Shown in pieces: positions 18,288-28,629 of a stretch of DNA of 64,000 bases. Origin of the DNA: Candidatus Obscuribacteraceae bacterium. GTDB taxonomy: Bacteria; Cyanobacteriota; Vampirovibrionia; Obscuribacterales; Obscuribacteraceae. Under the pieces are notes generated by a model. That model ran no database searches. It saw only the letters and a list, made by a program, of their open reading frames with translations, and had not been told where the DNA came from. Position 1 is the stretch's first letter, and every line of letters begins with the position of its first letter. A program made the translations under genes and the position numbers. The DNA lies in the NCBI GenBank assembly GCA_044226015.1, contig JBGAHS010000009.1, positions 160,001 through 224,000 on the forward strand, read 5' to 3'.

Positions 18288-18641
18288 ATGGCACGTGCCA
18301 AAACAAACCTAAAGGATGGAGCCGCTGGCGGACCGAAAGTCCAGCGCATTCGTATTCGTTTGAAATCCTACGATCATAGACTGCTGGACAAATCAGCAGA
18401 ACAGATTGTTGATACTGCTAAGCGCACCGGCGCTGCAGTTTTGGGTCCGGTTCCGCTGCCGACCCGCAAGCGCGTTTACTGCGTATTGCGTTCACCGCAC
18501 GTCGATAAGAAATCGCGCGAGCATTTTGAAATTCGCGTGCATAAGCGCCTCATTGATATCAATGACCCAACCCCAACCACAACCGACGCTCTCATGAGAC
18601 TCGATTTGCCGGCTGGTGTGGACATCGAAGTTAAGCTCTAG
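18288..18641 (+). CDS. rpsJ: 30S ribosomal protein S10
   Basis: [37 protein letters not shown]. Confidence 0.99.
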   Translation: MARAKTNLKDGAAGGPKVQRIRIRLKSYDHRLLDKSAEQIVDTAKRTGAAVLGPVPLPTRKRVYCVLRSPHVDKKSREHFEIRVHKRLIDINDPTPTTTDALMRLDLPAGVDIEVKL

Positions 18642-18703
18642 AGAGAAATAGGGCAGGCGGCGCGGAAGGGCATCGCCCCCAAAAGAAAACGAAGGTTCAG
18701 GAA

Positions 18704-19354
18704 ATGAAAAATTCACTTGGATTGCTGGGACGAAAAGTTGGAATGACGCAGATCTTTGATCAAGATGGTGCTGCAGTTCCCGTTACCGTAGTACAACTTG
18801 GCGAAAACATCGTTACCCAAACGATGACCAAAGAAAAGAATGGCTACACAGCTGTTCAGCTCGGCGGGTTCCAGGTTAAAGAAAGCAAGCTCAATAAGCC
18901 AGAGCTTGGCAATTTGAAGAAGCATGAGCTTCCCGTGCTTAAGCCACTCAAAGAATTCCGCGTCAAAGATGTCGCTGAGTTCAAAGTTGGTGAAGCCGTT
19001 AAGCCAGAAGCTCTTCTCAAAGATGGAATGCTGATTGACGTTCAGGGTGAGTCGATTGGTAAGGGCTTCCAGGGCACCATCAAGCGCTACAACGCTGGTC
19101 GTGGACCAATGGCTCACGGTTCTAAATTCCACAGAAGCATGGGTTCTATCGGACCAGGAACCACTCCGGGTCGCGTATTCAAAGGACTTCACATGCCAGG
19201 TCACATGGGCAACGTAACCTCAACGGTTCGTCACCTCAAGGTAGTCAAAGTGGATTCTGAGAAAAAGATTTTGCTCGTTCGTGGAGCAGTCCCAGGCTGG
19301 GATGGTGGCTTGCTGGTCATCACTCCTTCCGTCACCAAATGGAATGAGAAATAA
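18704..19354 (+). CDS. rplC: 50S ribosomal protein L3
   Basis: GRKVGMTQIF, GKGFQGTIKR, GPMAHGS. Confidence 0.99.
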   Translation: MKNSLGLLGRKVGMTQIFDQDGAAVPVTVVQLGENIVTQTMTKEKNGYTAVQLGGFQVKESKLNKPELGNLKKHELPVLKPLKEFRVKDVAEFKVGEAVKPEALLKDGMLIDVQGESIGKGFQGTIKRYNAGRGPMAHGSKFHRSMGSIGPGTTPGRVFKGLHMPGHMGNVTSTVRHLKVVKVDSEKKILLVRGAVPGWDGGLLVITPSVTKWNEK

Positions 19355-19397
19355 GCGGAGCCCAGGCGAAGCTGAATCGTTATAAGGAAATAGGGAA

Positions 19398-20324
19398 ATG
19401 ACTTCCGTTGTAGTAAGAGATTTGAAAGGCAAAGAGCAAGGTTCGAAAGAACTCAATGCTGATGTTTTCGGTGCTGAAATCAATAGCCACCTGATCCATC
19501 AAGCGTTGGTTCGTCAGCTCGCCAATGCTCGTTCTGGATCTGCTAACACAAAGACCAGATCAGAAGTTCGCGGTGGCGGACGTAAGCCATGGAGACAGAA
19601 AGGTACCGGTCGTGCTCGTGCAGGTTCTACACGTTCACCATTGTGGAACGGTGGCGGTGTGACCTTCGGTCCTAAGCCACGTGATTTCTCCATCACCATG
19701 AACAAGAAAGCCAGGCAATTGGCGCTCAAGTCGGCACTCGCCGCAAGAGCTGAAGAGCTGGTTGTTGTACAAAATTTTGATGGACTCTTTAAGCAAGCAC
19801 CTAAAGCGGGCGAAGCTGTTAATGAACAGCCGAAGACCAAAGAGGTGCTTTCTATTCTTAAGAGCCTCAATATTGCAGACAAGAACGTTCTTATCGTTCT
19901 TGACCGCATGGTTGCTGGCAGCAAGCAAGTTGAGCGTGCTGCTCGCAATATTCCTAACGTCAAGGTTGTTGACCAGACAAACCTCAACGTTAAGGACCTG
20001 GCTCATGCCGGAGCTGTGCTCACAACCGAGCAAGTTCTGAATGAGTTGGAAAATCGCTTCAAGAACTGCGGAAGCAAGGCATCTTGCGAGCAGTCTGCAG
20101 CAGAGAAGAATGGCGCTGCAAAAGCAGCAGGCACCAAGAGTGGTGCAGCAACAGCTAAGAAAGCTGCAGCTCCTAAGGCTGAAGCTGAGCCAAAAGCAAA
20201 AGCGAAAGCTGATGCTCCGGCTGCTGAAAAGAAAGCTAGCACCAAGAAGGCTGCTCCTGAGCCCAAAGCTGATGAAGCTAAGGCTCCCAAGAAGACAAGC
20301 AAAAAGAAGTCTGACGAAGCCTAA
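19398..20324 (+). CDS. rplD: 50S ribosomal protein L4 with long Lys/Ala-rich C-terminal extension
   Basis: TKTRSEVRGGGRKPWRQKGTGRARAGS. Confidence 0.99.
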   Translation: MTSVVVRDLKGKEQGSKELNADVFGAEINSHLIHQALVRQLANARSGSANTKTRSEVRGGGRKPWRQKGTGRARAGSTRSPLWNGGGVTFGPKPRDFSITMNKKARQLALKSALAARAEELVVVQNFDGLFKQAPKAGEAVNEQPKTKEVLSILKSLNIADKNVLIVLDRMVAGSKQVERAARNIPNVKVVDQTNLNVKDLAHAGAVLTTEQVLNELENRFKNCGSKASCEQSAAEKNGAAKAAGTKSGAATAKKAAAPKAEAEPKAKAKADAPAAEKKASTKKAAPEPKADEAKAPKKTSKKKSDEA

Positions 20325-20346
20325 TCAGGAGTGAGGGAAAAAGATA

Positions 20347-20655
20347 ATGGATAGCCGTCAAGCAAACGTCATAGTTCGTCCGATCATCAATGAAAAGACA
20401 GTCATACTGGCATCTGAGCACAATCAATACACTTTCGAAGTGGCTCGCGATTCCAACAAAACTGAAATCGCCCAGGCTCTCAAAGCTGTTTTGAAAGAGC
20501 TCTACCCAAAAGGCAAGTTCACCGTATTGAAAGTCAATACATCAGCCATCCGCGATCGCTTCCGTCGTTCTAAGAGACATGGAAGAGCTCCGAAGGATAG
20601 CAAGAAGGCAATCGTGACGGTCGCTGGCGACCCAATCGAAATCTTCACCGCTTAA
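20347..20655 (+). CDS. rplW: 50S ribosomal protein L23
   Basis: PIINEKT, YTFEV...NKTEI and KKAIVT; syntenic position. Confidence 0.95.
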   Translation: MDSRQANVIVRPIINEKTVILASEHNQYTFEVARDSNKTEIAQALKAVLKELYPKGKFTVLKVNTSAIRDRFRRSKRHGRAPKDSKKAIVTVAGDPIEIFTA

Positions 20656-20765
20656 TGCGGACAGCAACGATAAGCGTTGCTCAATTATGGGTGCCGGCAC
20701 CGTGCCCCACCCGATAAGGCGATGAACCACTCATCGTTCCCAGGCAGATAAAAAGGTAGAAACTA

Positions 20766-21596
20766 ATGCCTATTAAGAAAGTAAATCCAACTTCTCCCGG
20801 TCGTCGTGGTATGACGCTGGCTGATTTTTCGGACATCACAAAGACAACTCCTGAAAAATCACTAGTCATTCATTTGAAGAGACATGGCGGCCGCAACAAC
20901 ATGGGAAGATTGACCGTTCGTCATAAGGGCGGCGGTCACAAGCGCGCTTACCGCATCATCGACTTCCGTCGTGATAAGCATGGTATTGCTTGCGAAGTTA
21001 AGAGCATTGAATACGATCCAAATCGCAGTGCTCGTATCGCATTGGTTCAATACACAGATGGTGAGAAGCGTTACATTTTAGCTCCACATACTCTGCGCGT
21101 CGGCGACAAATTGATGTCCGGTTCGCAAGCGGAAATTCGTGATGGTAATGCGCTTCCTCTGCGCAACATCCCACTGGGTACAATTTTGCACAACGTAGAG
21201 TTGACCATTGGCAAGGGTGGACAACTGGGCCGCGCAGCCGGCACACAAATCCAACTTCTTGCAAAAGAAGGAAAGTATGCAACATTGCGCTTGCCATCAA
21301 GCGAAATGCGCATGGTGCACATTGACTGTATGGCCTCCATCGGTCAGTTGAGCAATCCGGACAATAAGAACATAAGCCTTGGTAAAGCTGGCCGCAGCCG
21401 CTGGCTCGGTATCAAACCAGCTAACCGTGGTGTTGTTATGAATCCGGTTGATCACCCACACGGTGGTGGAGAAGGTAAGTCGCCTATCGGTGGTAAGCCG
21501 CAAACCCCATGGGGCAAGCCGGCTATGGGTTATAAGACCCGCCGCGGTAAGCATAAGATTTCCTCCCGTTTCATCGTAAAGCGTCGTACTAAGTAA
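20766..21596 (+). CDS. rplB: 50S ribosomal protein L2
   Basis: [30 protein letters not shown]. Confidence 0.99.
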   Translation: MPIKKVNPTSPGRRGMTLADFSDITKTTPEKSLVIHLKRHGGRNNMGRLTVRHKGGGHKRAYRIIDFRRDKHGIACEVKSIEYDPNRSARIALVQYTDGEKRYILAPHTLRVGDKLMSGSQAEIRDGNALPLRNIPLGTILHNVELTIGKGGQLGRAAGTQIQLLAKEGKYATLRLPSSEMRMVHIDCMASIGQLSNPDNKNISLGKAGRSRWLGIKPANRGVVMNPVDHPHGGGEGKSPIGGKPQTPWGKPAMGYKTRRGKHKISSRFIVKRRTK

Positions 21597-21618
21597 GCGC
21601 CGTTAAAGGAGAGCTAAA

Positions 21619-21900
21619 GTGTCTCGTTCCCTCAAAAAAGGTCCTTTCGTTCATCCAAGTCTTCATAAGAAGATCGAAGATATGAACAAAAAAGGCGAAA
21701 AGAAAGTAGTTAAGTGCTGGTCGAGAGCATCGATGATTGTGCCAGAAATGATTGGTCACACGATCGCTATCTACAATGGCCGCAAGCACGTTCCAGTCTA
21801 CGTAACCGAGCAAATGATCGGTCACAGATTGGGTGAATTTGCGCCGACCAGATATTTCAAAGGCCACTCTGGCCAAGAAAAGACCGCAAAGAGAGGCTAA
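21619..21900 (+). CDS. rpsS: 30S ribosomal protein S19
   Basis: [21 protein letters not shown]. Confidence 0.99.
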   Translation: MSRSLKKGPFVHPSLHKKIEDMNKKGEKKVVKCWSRASMIVPEMIGHTIAIYNGRKHVPVYVTEQMIGHRLGEFAPTRYFKGHSGQEKTAKRG

Positions 21901-21904
21901 GGTC

Positions 21905-22255
21905 ATGCATACAAGAGCGCAAGCTAAATGGATAAGAATGTCACCGCTGAAGGTGCGTCGCGTAATGAATGTAATTCGCGGCAAGAGAGCAGGCGAAGCA
22001 TACACCATGCTGAAGTTTATGCCTCACGCTGCAGCGCGTGAAGTGGAGAAAGTGCTCTGGTCAGCAATGCACAATCTGATCAATCACGCACAAACTCCAG
22101 TTTCAGAAGAAGAAGTTCAAGACTTCCGCATCTCGAGAATCTTTGCTGACCAGGGCCCAACCCTGAAACGCATTCAGCCTCACGCACGAGGCCGCGCTTT
22201 CCCAATCAAGAAGCGCATCACGCATATCACAATCGAACTCGACGACATTCAATAA
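21905..22255 (+). CDS. rplV: 50S ribosomal protein L22
   Basis: RMSPLKVRRV, LKRIQPHARGRA. Start moved to ATG 21905, just after the rpsS stop. Confidence 0.97.
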   Translation: MHTRAQAKWIRMSPLKVRRVMNVIRGKRAGEAYTMLKFMPHAAAREVEKVLWSAMHNLINHAQTPVSEEEVQDFRISRIFADQGPTLKRIQPHARGRAFPIKKRITHITIELDDIQ

Positions 22256-22270
22256 AGGAGCTAGAGGACC

Positions 22271-23074
22271 TTGGGTCAGAAAGTACATCCGCGCGGTTTT
22301 AGAGTAGGCATCCATCAAGGATGGTCGTCGAACTGGATTGTCAACACAAAAGACATTCCAGCACTCATCGAAGAAGACCACAGAATTCGCAATTACCTAA
22401 AGAAGGAATTGCAAAATGCTGGAGTTTCGAAAGTTGAGATTGGCCGCAAGGCGGATCAAATTCAAATTGATATCTACACCGCTCGTCCAGGTGTAGTTGT
22501 TGGAAAAGGCGGACAAGGGCTTGAAACCTTGCACTTGAAAGTCAAAGAAATGCTCGGACGTACCGGCATCGAAGTCAAAATCAACATTCTGGAAATCGCC
22601 AGAGTTGATCTCGAAGCTCAACTTGTTGCTGAATCAATCGGTCAGCAATTGGAAAAGCGTGTTGCTTTCCGTCGCGCTATGAAGCAAGCAATTCAACGTT
22701 GCATGCGCACCGGCGCTATCGGAGTCAAGCTCATGGTTTCCGGAAGATTGGGCGGAGCAGAAATCGCTCGTACAGAATGGAGCAAGGAAGGAAGAATTCC
22801 TCTTCAAACATTGAGAGCAGACATTGACTACGGATTTGCTGAAGCGCATACCACCATGGGTCTCATTGGAATCAAGGTTTGGGTATTCAGAGGCGAATTG
22901 ACCAGAGGTCAATGGTCACCACCGAATGTCAAAACTCCAAGCGAAAGAGCTGAGGGTGGCGAAGGCGGAAGAAGAGAACGCAGACCTGATAGAGGCGATC
23001 GCGGTAATCGCGGTGGCGGCGGCGGAGAAGGCGGCGAGCGCGATAACAAAGGTCGCAGACCGAAGAAGGGGTAA
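22271..23074 (+). CDS. rpsC: 30S ribosomal protein S3
   Basis: GQKVHPRGFR, GRIPLQTLRADIDY. TTG start and Gly/Arg-rich tail. Confidence 0.99.
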   Translation: MGQKVHPRGFRVGIHQGWSSNWIVNTKDIPALIEEDHRIRNYLKKELQNAGVSKVEIGRKADQIQIDIYTARPGVVVGKGGQGLETLHLKVKEMLGRTGIEVKINILEIARVDLEAQLVAESIGQQLEKRVAFRRAMKQAIQRCMRTGAIGVKLMVSGRLGGAEIARTEWSKEGRIPLQTLRADIDYGFAEAHTTMGLIGIKVWVFRGELTRGQWSPPNVKTPSERAEGGEGGRRERRPDRGDRGNRGGGGGEGGERDNKGRRPKKG

Positions 23075-23081
23075 TTAAACC

Positions 23082-23498
23082 ATGTTGTTTCCAAAGAGAA
23101 CAAAATTTCGCAAACACCAACGTGGTCGCATGTGCGGCACCGAAACTCGCGGTAGCGAGCTGCACTTCGGAGAACTTGGTTTGCAAGCCCTGGAACCAGC
23201 CTGGGTAACAAGCCGACAAATCGAAGCAGCACGTAAAGCTATGAGCCGAAGTGTACGCCGTGGCGGTCAAATGTGGATCCGCGTATTTCCAGATAAATCT
23301 GTTACGAAAAAACCCGCTGAAACCCGTATGGGATCAGGAAAGGGTAACCCGGAATTCTGGGTAGCTGTGATTAAACCAGGTCGCATGCTGTTCGAAATCG
23401 CCGGAGTTGGAGCCAAGGAAGCCAAGGCTGCTATGGAAATCGCAGCTCAAAAACTTCCGATCAAGTGCCGCATTGTCGAAAGACAGCAAGGAGGCTAA
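23082..23498 (+). CDS. rplP: 50S ribosomal protein L16
   Basis: [20 protein letters not shown]. Confidence 0.99.
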   Translation: MLFPKRTKFRKHQRGRMCGTETRGSELHFGELGLQALEPAWVTSRQIEAARKAMSRSVRRGGQMWIRVFPDKSVTKKPAETRMGSGKGNPEFWVAVIKPGRMLFEIAGVGAKEAKAAMEIAAQKLPIKCRIVERQQGG

Positions 23499-23500
23499 GG

Positions 23501-23701
23501 ATGAGAGTTAAAGAGATTAGAGAGCTCTCTGACGAAGAGATGAACAGCAAAATCGCTGAAACGCGTAAGGAAATTGTCTCATTGCGTTTTGAACTTGCAA
23601 GCCGCAAGTTGCGCAACACAGGCAGCATCGTTAATGCGAAGAAGCGTCTTGCCAGACTCCTGACTGTACAACACGAACGCTCACTTGGATTGAAGAGGTA
23701 A
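23501..23701 (+). CDS. rpmC: 50S ribosomal protein L29
   Basis: EIRELS...LRF...KRLARLLT; synteny. Start at ATG 23501. Confidence 0.95.
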   Translation: MRVKEIRELSDEEMNSKIAETRKEIVSLRFELASRKLRNTGSIVNAKKRLARLLTVQHERSLGLKR

Positions 23702-23709
23702 GAGGGGCA

Positions 23710-23973
23710 ATGCCTAAGAAAGAACTCGTTGGAAAAGTAGTATCCAACAAGATGCAGAAGACGGTCGTTGTCGCTGTAGAAAACCATGTACGTCACAGCA
23801 AGTACGAAAAACAAACTGTACGTACAAGCAAATTCAAAGCGCATGACGAAGAAAACAAGTGCCAAATCGGCGATCGCGTACGCATTCAAGAATGCCCGCC
23901 GCTCTCCAGAGACAAGCACTTCAAAGTAGTAGCAGTGCTGGGTAACATACTCGGCGAAAAGGTTGAGGAGTAA
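23710..23973 (+). CDS. rpsQ: 30S ribosomal protein S17
   Basis: [27 protein letters not shown]. Confidence 0.99.
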   Translation: MPKKELVGKVVSNKMQKTVVVAVENHVRHSKYEKQTVRTSKFKAHDEENKCQIGDRVRIQECPPLSRDKHFKVVAVLGNILGEKVEE

Positions 23974-23979
23974 GGTGTC

Positions 23980-24348
23980 ATGATCCAGCAGCAAAGTAGA
24001 TTAACGGTTGCTGATAACACTGGTGCTCGCGAACTTATGTGCATCAGAGTTCTCGGGGCTTCAGGACGCCGTTATGCTTCACTCGGTGACATCATCGTCG
24101 CAGTTGTGAAAGATGCTCTGCCGAACATGCCGGTCAAAAAATCGGAAGTTGTTAAAGCAGTAGTAGTTCGCGTTCGCACCAGCGTCAGAAGACCAGATGG
24201 AACCACAATTCGTTTTGATGACAATGCAGCAGTAATTCTGCAAAAAGATGGCAACCCAAAAGGCACCCGCGTTTTCGGACCCATCGCTCGTGAACTGAGA
24301 GACAAGAATTTCACAAAAATCATGTCGCTTGCTCCAGAGGTACTCTAA
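23980..24348 (+). CDS. rplN: 50S ribosomal protein L14
   Basis: [22 protein letters not shown]. Confidence 0.99.
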   Translation: MIQQQSRLTVADNTGARELMCIRVLGASGRRYASLGDIIVAVVKDALPNMPVKKSEVVKAVVVRVRTSVRRPDGTTIRFDDNAAVILQKDGNPKGTRVFGPIARELRDKNFTKIMSLAPEVL

Positions 24349-24350
24349 AA

Positions 24351-24809
24351 ATGGCAGCTAAGAATGAAACCAAAGTGAGCTATACCAAAGCTCCTAAGAA
24401 AGCCAAAATCAAGGAAGGCGGCAGCCTGCTTCTTTCAGAAGCATTGCACAAGAAGAGCAGCTCAAACCTGACTCCGAAGTCTCACTTGAAGCGCGGCGAT
24501 ACCGTAATGCTCATGAATGGTCCTAAAAAAGAGGACAAGAAGCGCAGTTCTGAAGATACTGCAAGACTCAATGAGCGCAATGCTTACAAAGGCACCATCG
24601 GTAAGGTCGCCGCAGTATTCCCGAAAGAAGGCAAAGTCCTTATTGAGGGCGTCAACATGATGAGCCACTTTGTCAAAAACAAAGGCATGGGTGGTGAGTC
24701 TGGAATCATCAGAAAGGCAGTTCCGGTTTTTGCAAGCCGCGTAATGCTTTATGACAGCAATAACAAACGCCCAGTGCGCGGCGACAAGCGCAAAGCCCTG
24801 GGTCTATAG
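24351..24809 (+). CDS. rplX: 50S ribosomal protein L24 (N-terminal extension and KOW insertion)
   Basis: HLKRGDTV...YKGTIGKV, VLIEGVNM and PVFASRVML; synteny. Confidence 0.9.
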   Translation: MAAKNETKVSYTKAPKKAKIKEGGSLLLSEALHKKSSSNLTPKSHLKRGDTVMLMNGPKKEDKKRSSEDTARLNERNAYKGTIGKVAAVFPKEGKVLIEGVNMMSHFVKNKGMGGESGIIRKAVPVFASRVMLYDSNNKRPVRGDKRKALGL

Positions 24810-24876
24810 GAATCGGAGGCGAATATTCGCCTGAGACGACAACGACCGTCTCGAACAAATAAGCTGGAGCAGCAAA

Positions 24877-25413
24877 ATGAAACTCAAAGATCAATACGAA
24901 CAACAAGTTATTCCGGCACTCAAAAAAGAGTTCGGATACACCAATGATATGCAAGTTCCGCGCATAGCGAAAGTTGTAATCAACATGGGAGTTGGTGAAG
25001 CAGCAGCTTCAGCTAAAGCCATCGAAGGTGGTGTCAAAGACTTGACCATCATTGCCGGTCAAAAGCCAGTAGTGAACCGTGCGCGTAAGTCAATTGCAAC
25101 CTTCAAGTTGCGCAAAGGCATGCCAGTTGGCGTGTCGGTGACACTTCGCGGACAAAGAATGTACGACTTCCTGGCAAAGTTGATTCACATCGCGTTGCCA
25201 CGTATTAGAGACTTCCGTGGTCTGTCAAACAAGTCGTTTGATGGTCGCGGCAACTACTCTCTGGGAGTTAAGGAACAGCTTATTTTCCCAGAAATCAATT
25301 ACGAACAAGTTGATACCACACGTGGTATGGACATTTCTATCGTCACTACTGCACGCACCGACCAGGAGTCGAGAGCGTTGCTAGCAGCACTCGGTATGCC
25401 GTTCAAGCGGTAA
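24877..25413 (+). CDS. rplE: 50S ribosomal protein L5
   Basis: [25 protein letters not shown]. Confidence 0.99.
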   Translation: MKLKDQYEQQVIPALKKEFGYTNDMQVPRIAKVVINMGVGEAAASAKAIEGGVKDLTIIAGQKPVVNRARKSIATFKLRKGMPVGVSVTLRGQRMYDFLAKLIHIALPRIRDFRGLSNKSFDGRGNYSLGVKEQLIFPEINYEQVDTTRGMDISIVTTARTDQESRALLAALGMPFKR

Positions 25414-25515
25414 TTGAAGAGGGACCCGGTCCCGAGAATTTAGAGGAGCCTGGCTCCAAAGAAAAAAGACGGAAACGTCTTCAATACACAAGTAAAAAGG
25501 GAGAGATTTTCAGTC

Positions 25516-25722
25516 GTGGCTAAAACATCCATGATCGACAAAGAAAACAAGCGCAGAGTGCTTGCCAGCAAAGGCAAGTATCACACAGTCCGCTTGCATA
25601 ACCGCTGCCGCATCTGCGGACGCCCGCGGGGTTATTATCGTGACCTCGGCCTCTGCCGTTGTTGCTTGAGAAAAATGGCCCATGAGGGTCTTATCCCTGG
25701 AATGACCAAGTCAAGTTGGTAG
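25516..25722 (+). CDS. rpsN: 30S ribosomal protein S14, short Zn-binding (C+) type
   Basis: [10 protein letters not shown]...LCRCCLR. Confidence 0.97.
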   Translation: MAKTSMIDKENKRRVLASKGKYHTVRLHNRCRICGRPRGYYRDLGLCRCCLRKMAHEGLIPGMTKSSW

Positions 25723-25732
25723 GAGAAAATAG

Positions 25733-26134
25733 ATGCCGACTACAGATCCAATAGCAGACATGTTTGCGCGTATTCGCAATGCAACTCGCGTACATGCTCC
25801 ATTCGTAGAAATGCCAGCTTCAAAGCTAAAAGTTTCGCTTGCTGAAGTACTCCGTAACGAAGGATATATTTCATCGTTCGAAACAAAAGGGCTTGGTTCA
25901 CCAGAACAGCGCATGCGTATAGTCCTTAAATATGGTCCCCGTGGCGAACAAGTCATTCAAGGCTTGAAGCGCGTCTCAAAGCCGGGGCTCAGAGTGCACA
26001 GACCAGCCAAACGAGTGCCGCGCGTACTCGGTGGACTCGGTGTTGCCATCGTCTCAACATCGACAGGTCTGATGACAGACCGTCAGGCTCGTAAGAGCAA
26101 TGTTGGTGGCGAAGTCGTCGGATTCGTTTGGTAA
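25733..26134 (+). CDS. rpsH: 30S ribosomal protein S8
   Basis: DPIADMFARIRNA, SKPGLRV, GGEV. Confidence 0.99.
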   Translation: MPTTDPIADMFARIRNATRVHAPFVEMPASKLKVSLAEVLRNEGYISSFETKGLGSPEQRMRIVLKYGPRGEQVIQGLKRVSKPGLRVHRPAKRVPRVLGGLGVAIVSTSTGLMTDRQARKSNVGGEVVGFVW

Positions 26135-26147
26135 GAGGGAACGACCT

Positions 26148-26693
26148 ATGTCACGTATCGGTAAAGCTCCGATCGCAATTCCAGCAGGAGTGACTGTCAC
26201 CATCAACGGTGACGAAGTCAAAGTTAAGGGACCAAAGGGTGAACTAAAACGCACCATTCGTCCGGAATTGCAAGTTGTACAGGAAGACGGCAAAATCATC
26301 GTCAAGCGTGTTTCCGAGGAACGTCTCGCTAGCAGCTTGCACGGTTTGAGCCGCACGCTGATCGCCAATATGGTGAACGGTGTCACAAATGGCTTCACGA
26401 AGAACCTCGACATCGTCGGTGTCGGTTATCGTGCCAGCGTTGAAGGCAAAACACTGGTAATGGCTCTCGGCTATTCCCATCCAGTTGAAATTCCAATTCC
26501 GGATGGCGTCACCGTGACCGTAACCAAGAACGTTGCTCTCACCGTAACTGCTGCAGATAGACAAGTTCTGGGTGACTTCTGCGCCTTCGTACGCGGAAGA
26601 AGACCTCCAGAAGTTTATAAAGGTAAGGGTGTCAAATACTCAACCGAAAAAATCCGCCGCAAAGCTGGTAAGGCTGCAAGTAAGAAGAAATAG
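26148..26693 (+). CDS. rplF: 50S ribosomal protein L6
   Basis: MSRIGKAPI, PEVYKGKGVKY. Start at ATG 26148. Confidence 0.99.
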   Translation: MSRIGKAPIAIPAGVTVTINGDEVKVKGPKGELKRTIRPELQVVQEDGKIIVKRVSEERLASSLHGLSRTLIANMVNGVTNGFTKNLDIVGVGYRASVEGKTLVMALGYSHPVEIPIPDGVTVTVTKNVALTVTAADRQVLGDFCAFVRGRRPPEVYKGKGVKYSTEKIRRKAGKAASKKK

Positions 26694-26752
26694 TAGGTCA
26701 CATGTAGAGGCTCGGGGCAACTATCTCGAGCTCGCATATAGGGGTCAAGAAA

Positions 26753-27115
26753 ATGATCAAAAAGGCAGACAAAAACGAACAACGCCGCAAGAGACATATG
26801 CGCATTCGCCAGCGCATTCAAGGTACTTCCGAGCGCCCACGCCTCTGCGTATATCGTTCCAACAAACATATCTATGCGCAAATTATTGATGACGTAGCAG
26901 CTAACACCCTGGTGGCAGCTTCTACTCTCGATGAAGATGCTAAGCTCGAGAAGACTTGGGATACAGAAGCCGCAAAGGCAATCGGTACTCTCATTGCCAA
27001 CAAAGCTAAAGCTAAAGGCATAGAAAACGTTGTGTTCGACAGAGGTGGATACATCTACCACGGACGTGTAGCTGCAGTGGCAGACGCAGCACGCGAAGCG
27101 GGACTCAATTTCTAA
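26753..27115 (+). CDS. rplR: 50S ribosomal protein L18
   Basis: [28 protein letters not shown]. Confidence 0.99.
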   Translation: MIKKADKNEQRRKRHMRIRQRIQGTSERPRLCVYRSNKHIYAQIIDDVAANTLVAASTLDEDAKLEKTWDTEAAKAIGTLIANKAKAKGIENVVFDRGGYIYHGRVAAVADAAREAGLNF

Positions 27116-27139
27116 GAAGCCAACGGAGCATAAAAGGTA

Positions 27140-27736
27140 ATGTCTGACAAAGAAGAAAAATTGACGACCGGTGAAGACGCCGAAGGTACGCGCAAAGGCC
27201 GCCGTACAGCTTCCCGCGAATCTAACCGTAAGATGATGGAAGATCGCCCGAAAGAGCAATCTGAATGGGAAGAAAAAATCATCCAGGTTCGTCGTGTGAC
27301 CAAGGTAGTGAAGGGCGGTAAGAAGCTCTCCTTCCGTGCTGTGGTTGCTGTAGGAAACGGCAAGGGTTCAGTCGGAGTTGGTGTGGGCAAATCTGCTGAA
27401 GTTATCGGCGCCATCCAGAAGGGTGTTGTTGATGCGAAGAAGAGCCTCGTTTCAGTTCCGATGGTTGGAACCACAATTCCACATCCAGTAACTGGCTGCC
27501 AGGGTTCAAGCCGCATTCTAATGAAACCAGCTGCTAAAGGTACTGGTATCATCGCTGGTGGTGCAGTTCGTTCAGTTCTGGAACTTTCCGGAATCGGCGA
27601 CGTTCTGTCCAAGTGTCTTGGATCACGTTCACCACTTAATGTAGCTCGTGGAACCATCGATGGTCTGAAGCAGTTACGTACATTTGAAGAGACAGCTCGC
27701 TTGCGCGGAATCAGCGTTCGCCAGATGCTCTCATAA
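27140..27736 (+). CDS. rpsE: 30S ribosomal protein S5
   Basis: [18 protein letters not shown]. Confidence 0.99.
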   Translation: MSDKEEKLTTGEDAEGTRKGRRTASRESNRKMMEDRPKEQSEWEEKIIQVRRVTKVVKGGKKLSFRAVVAVGNGKGSVGVGVGKSAEVIGAIQKGVVDAKKSLVSVPMVGTTIPHPVTGCQGSSRILMKPAAKGTGIIAGGAVRSVLELSGIGDVLSKCLGSRSPLNVARGTIDGLKQLRTFEETARLRGISVRQMLS

Positions 27737-27801
27737 GAGATGAATGAAAAAGGCAATGCTCTGGCATTGCCTTTACTCTTGAAAAAAGAAGGAATAGTGC
27801 C

Positions 27802-28035
27802 ATGTTGAAAATTACACTTAAATCCGGATTGGTCGGATGCACAGCTAAACAAAAAAGAGTTGTGCGTGCGCTCGGTTTGGGCAAATTTGGCTCTTGCGCC
27901 TTCCATGCTGATTCACCGACAATTCGTGGAATGGTTAAAGCTATTCCGCATCTTCTCTGCGTGAAAGAAGCTGAAGGTCAAGGCAAGTGCGCAACTGAAG
28001 CCAAAGCTGAGAAAAAGAAAGCAGCTGCTAAATAG
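27802..28035 (+). CDS. rpmD: 50S ribosomal protein L30
   Basis: LKITL.S...RALGL...IRGMV...HL; position between rpsE and rplO. Confidence 0.93.
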   Translation: MLKITLKSGLVGCTAKQKRVVRALGLGKFGSCAFHADSPTIRGMVKAIPHLLCVKEAEGQGKCATEAKAEKKKAAAK

Positions 28036-28134
28036 TTGCTGAGTTGATAGTACGGGCGGTGCAAGGCGCCGTCCAGGATTCTGAGGAATTCACAGTTAGC
28101 CGAGTTCGAAAGGGCGTAAGGCAAAGGAGAAAAA

Positions 28135-28629
28135 ATGAGACTTGATGATATGAGGTCGGCCGAAGGCGCCAGACGTAAATCCAAAAGAGTTGGTCGTGGT
28201 CGCGCAAGCGGACATGGTAAAACGTCAACCCGCGGTCACAACGGACAAGGTCAACGTTCAGGTGAAGGCAAGCGCTTCGGGTTCGAAGGCGGTCAGACAC
28301 CATTGTTCCGTCGCCTACCGAAAATTCACAACTTTGACGGACAAGTCAAAAGACGTGATTGGGTTCTCGTCAATGTTGGCAGCTTGAACGAATTCGCTGC
28401 TAATTCTGAAGTCAACGTAGAAACTCTCGTTGAAAAAGGTATTTTGAAGAAGTCTACAGATAGTCTTCGTATTCTTGGAAATGGTCACCTCACAGTGGCA
28501 CTGAAAGTAAGTGCACATCATGTGTCAGAAGGTGCTAAAACTAAGATTGAGGAAGCCGGTGGTTCAGTAACCGTAGTGGGACCAGCTCCGGAAACTCGCA
28601 AGAGAAGACCAACTAAGAAAGCTGACTAA
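28135..28629 (+). CDS. rplO: 50S ribosomal protein L15
   Basis: RVGRGRASGHGKTS, FEGGQTPLFRRLPK. Confidence 0.99.
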   Translation: MRLDDMRSAEGARRKSKRVGRGRASGHGKTSTRGHNGQGQRSGEGKRFGFEGGQTPLFRRLPKIHNFDGQVKRRDWVLVNVGSLNEFAANSEVNVETLVEKGILKKSTDSLRILGNGHLTVALKVSAHHVSEGAKTKIEEAGGSVTVVGPAPETRKRRPTKKAD

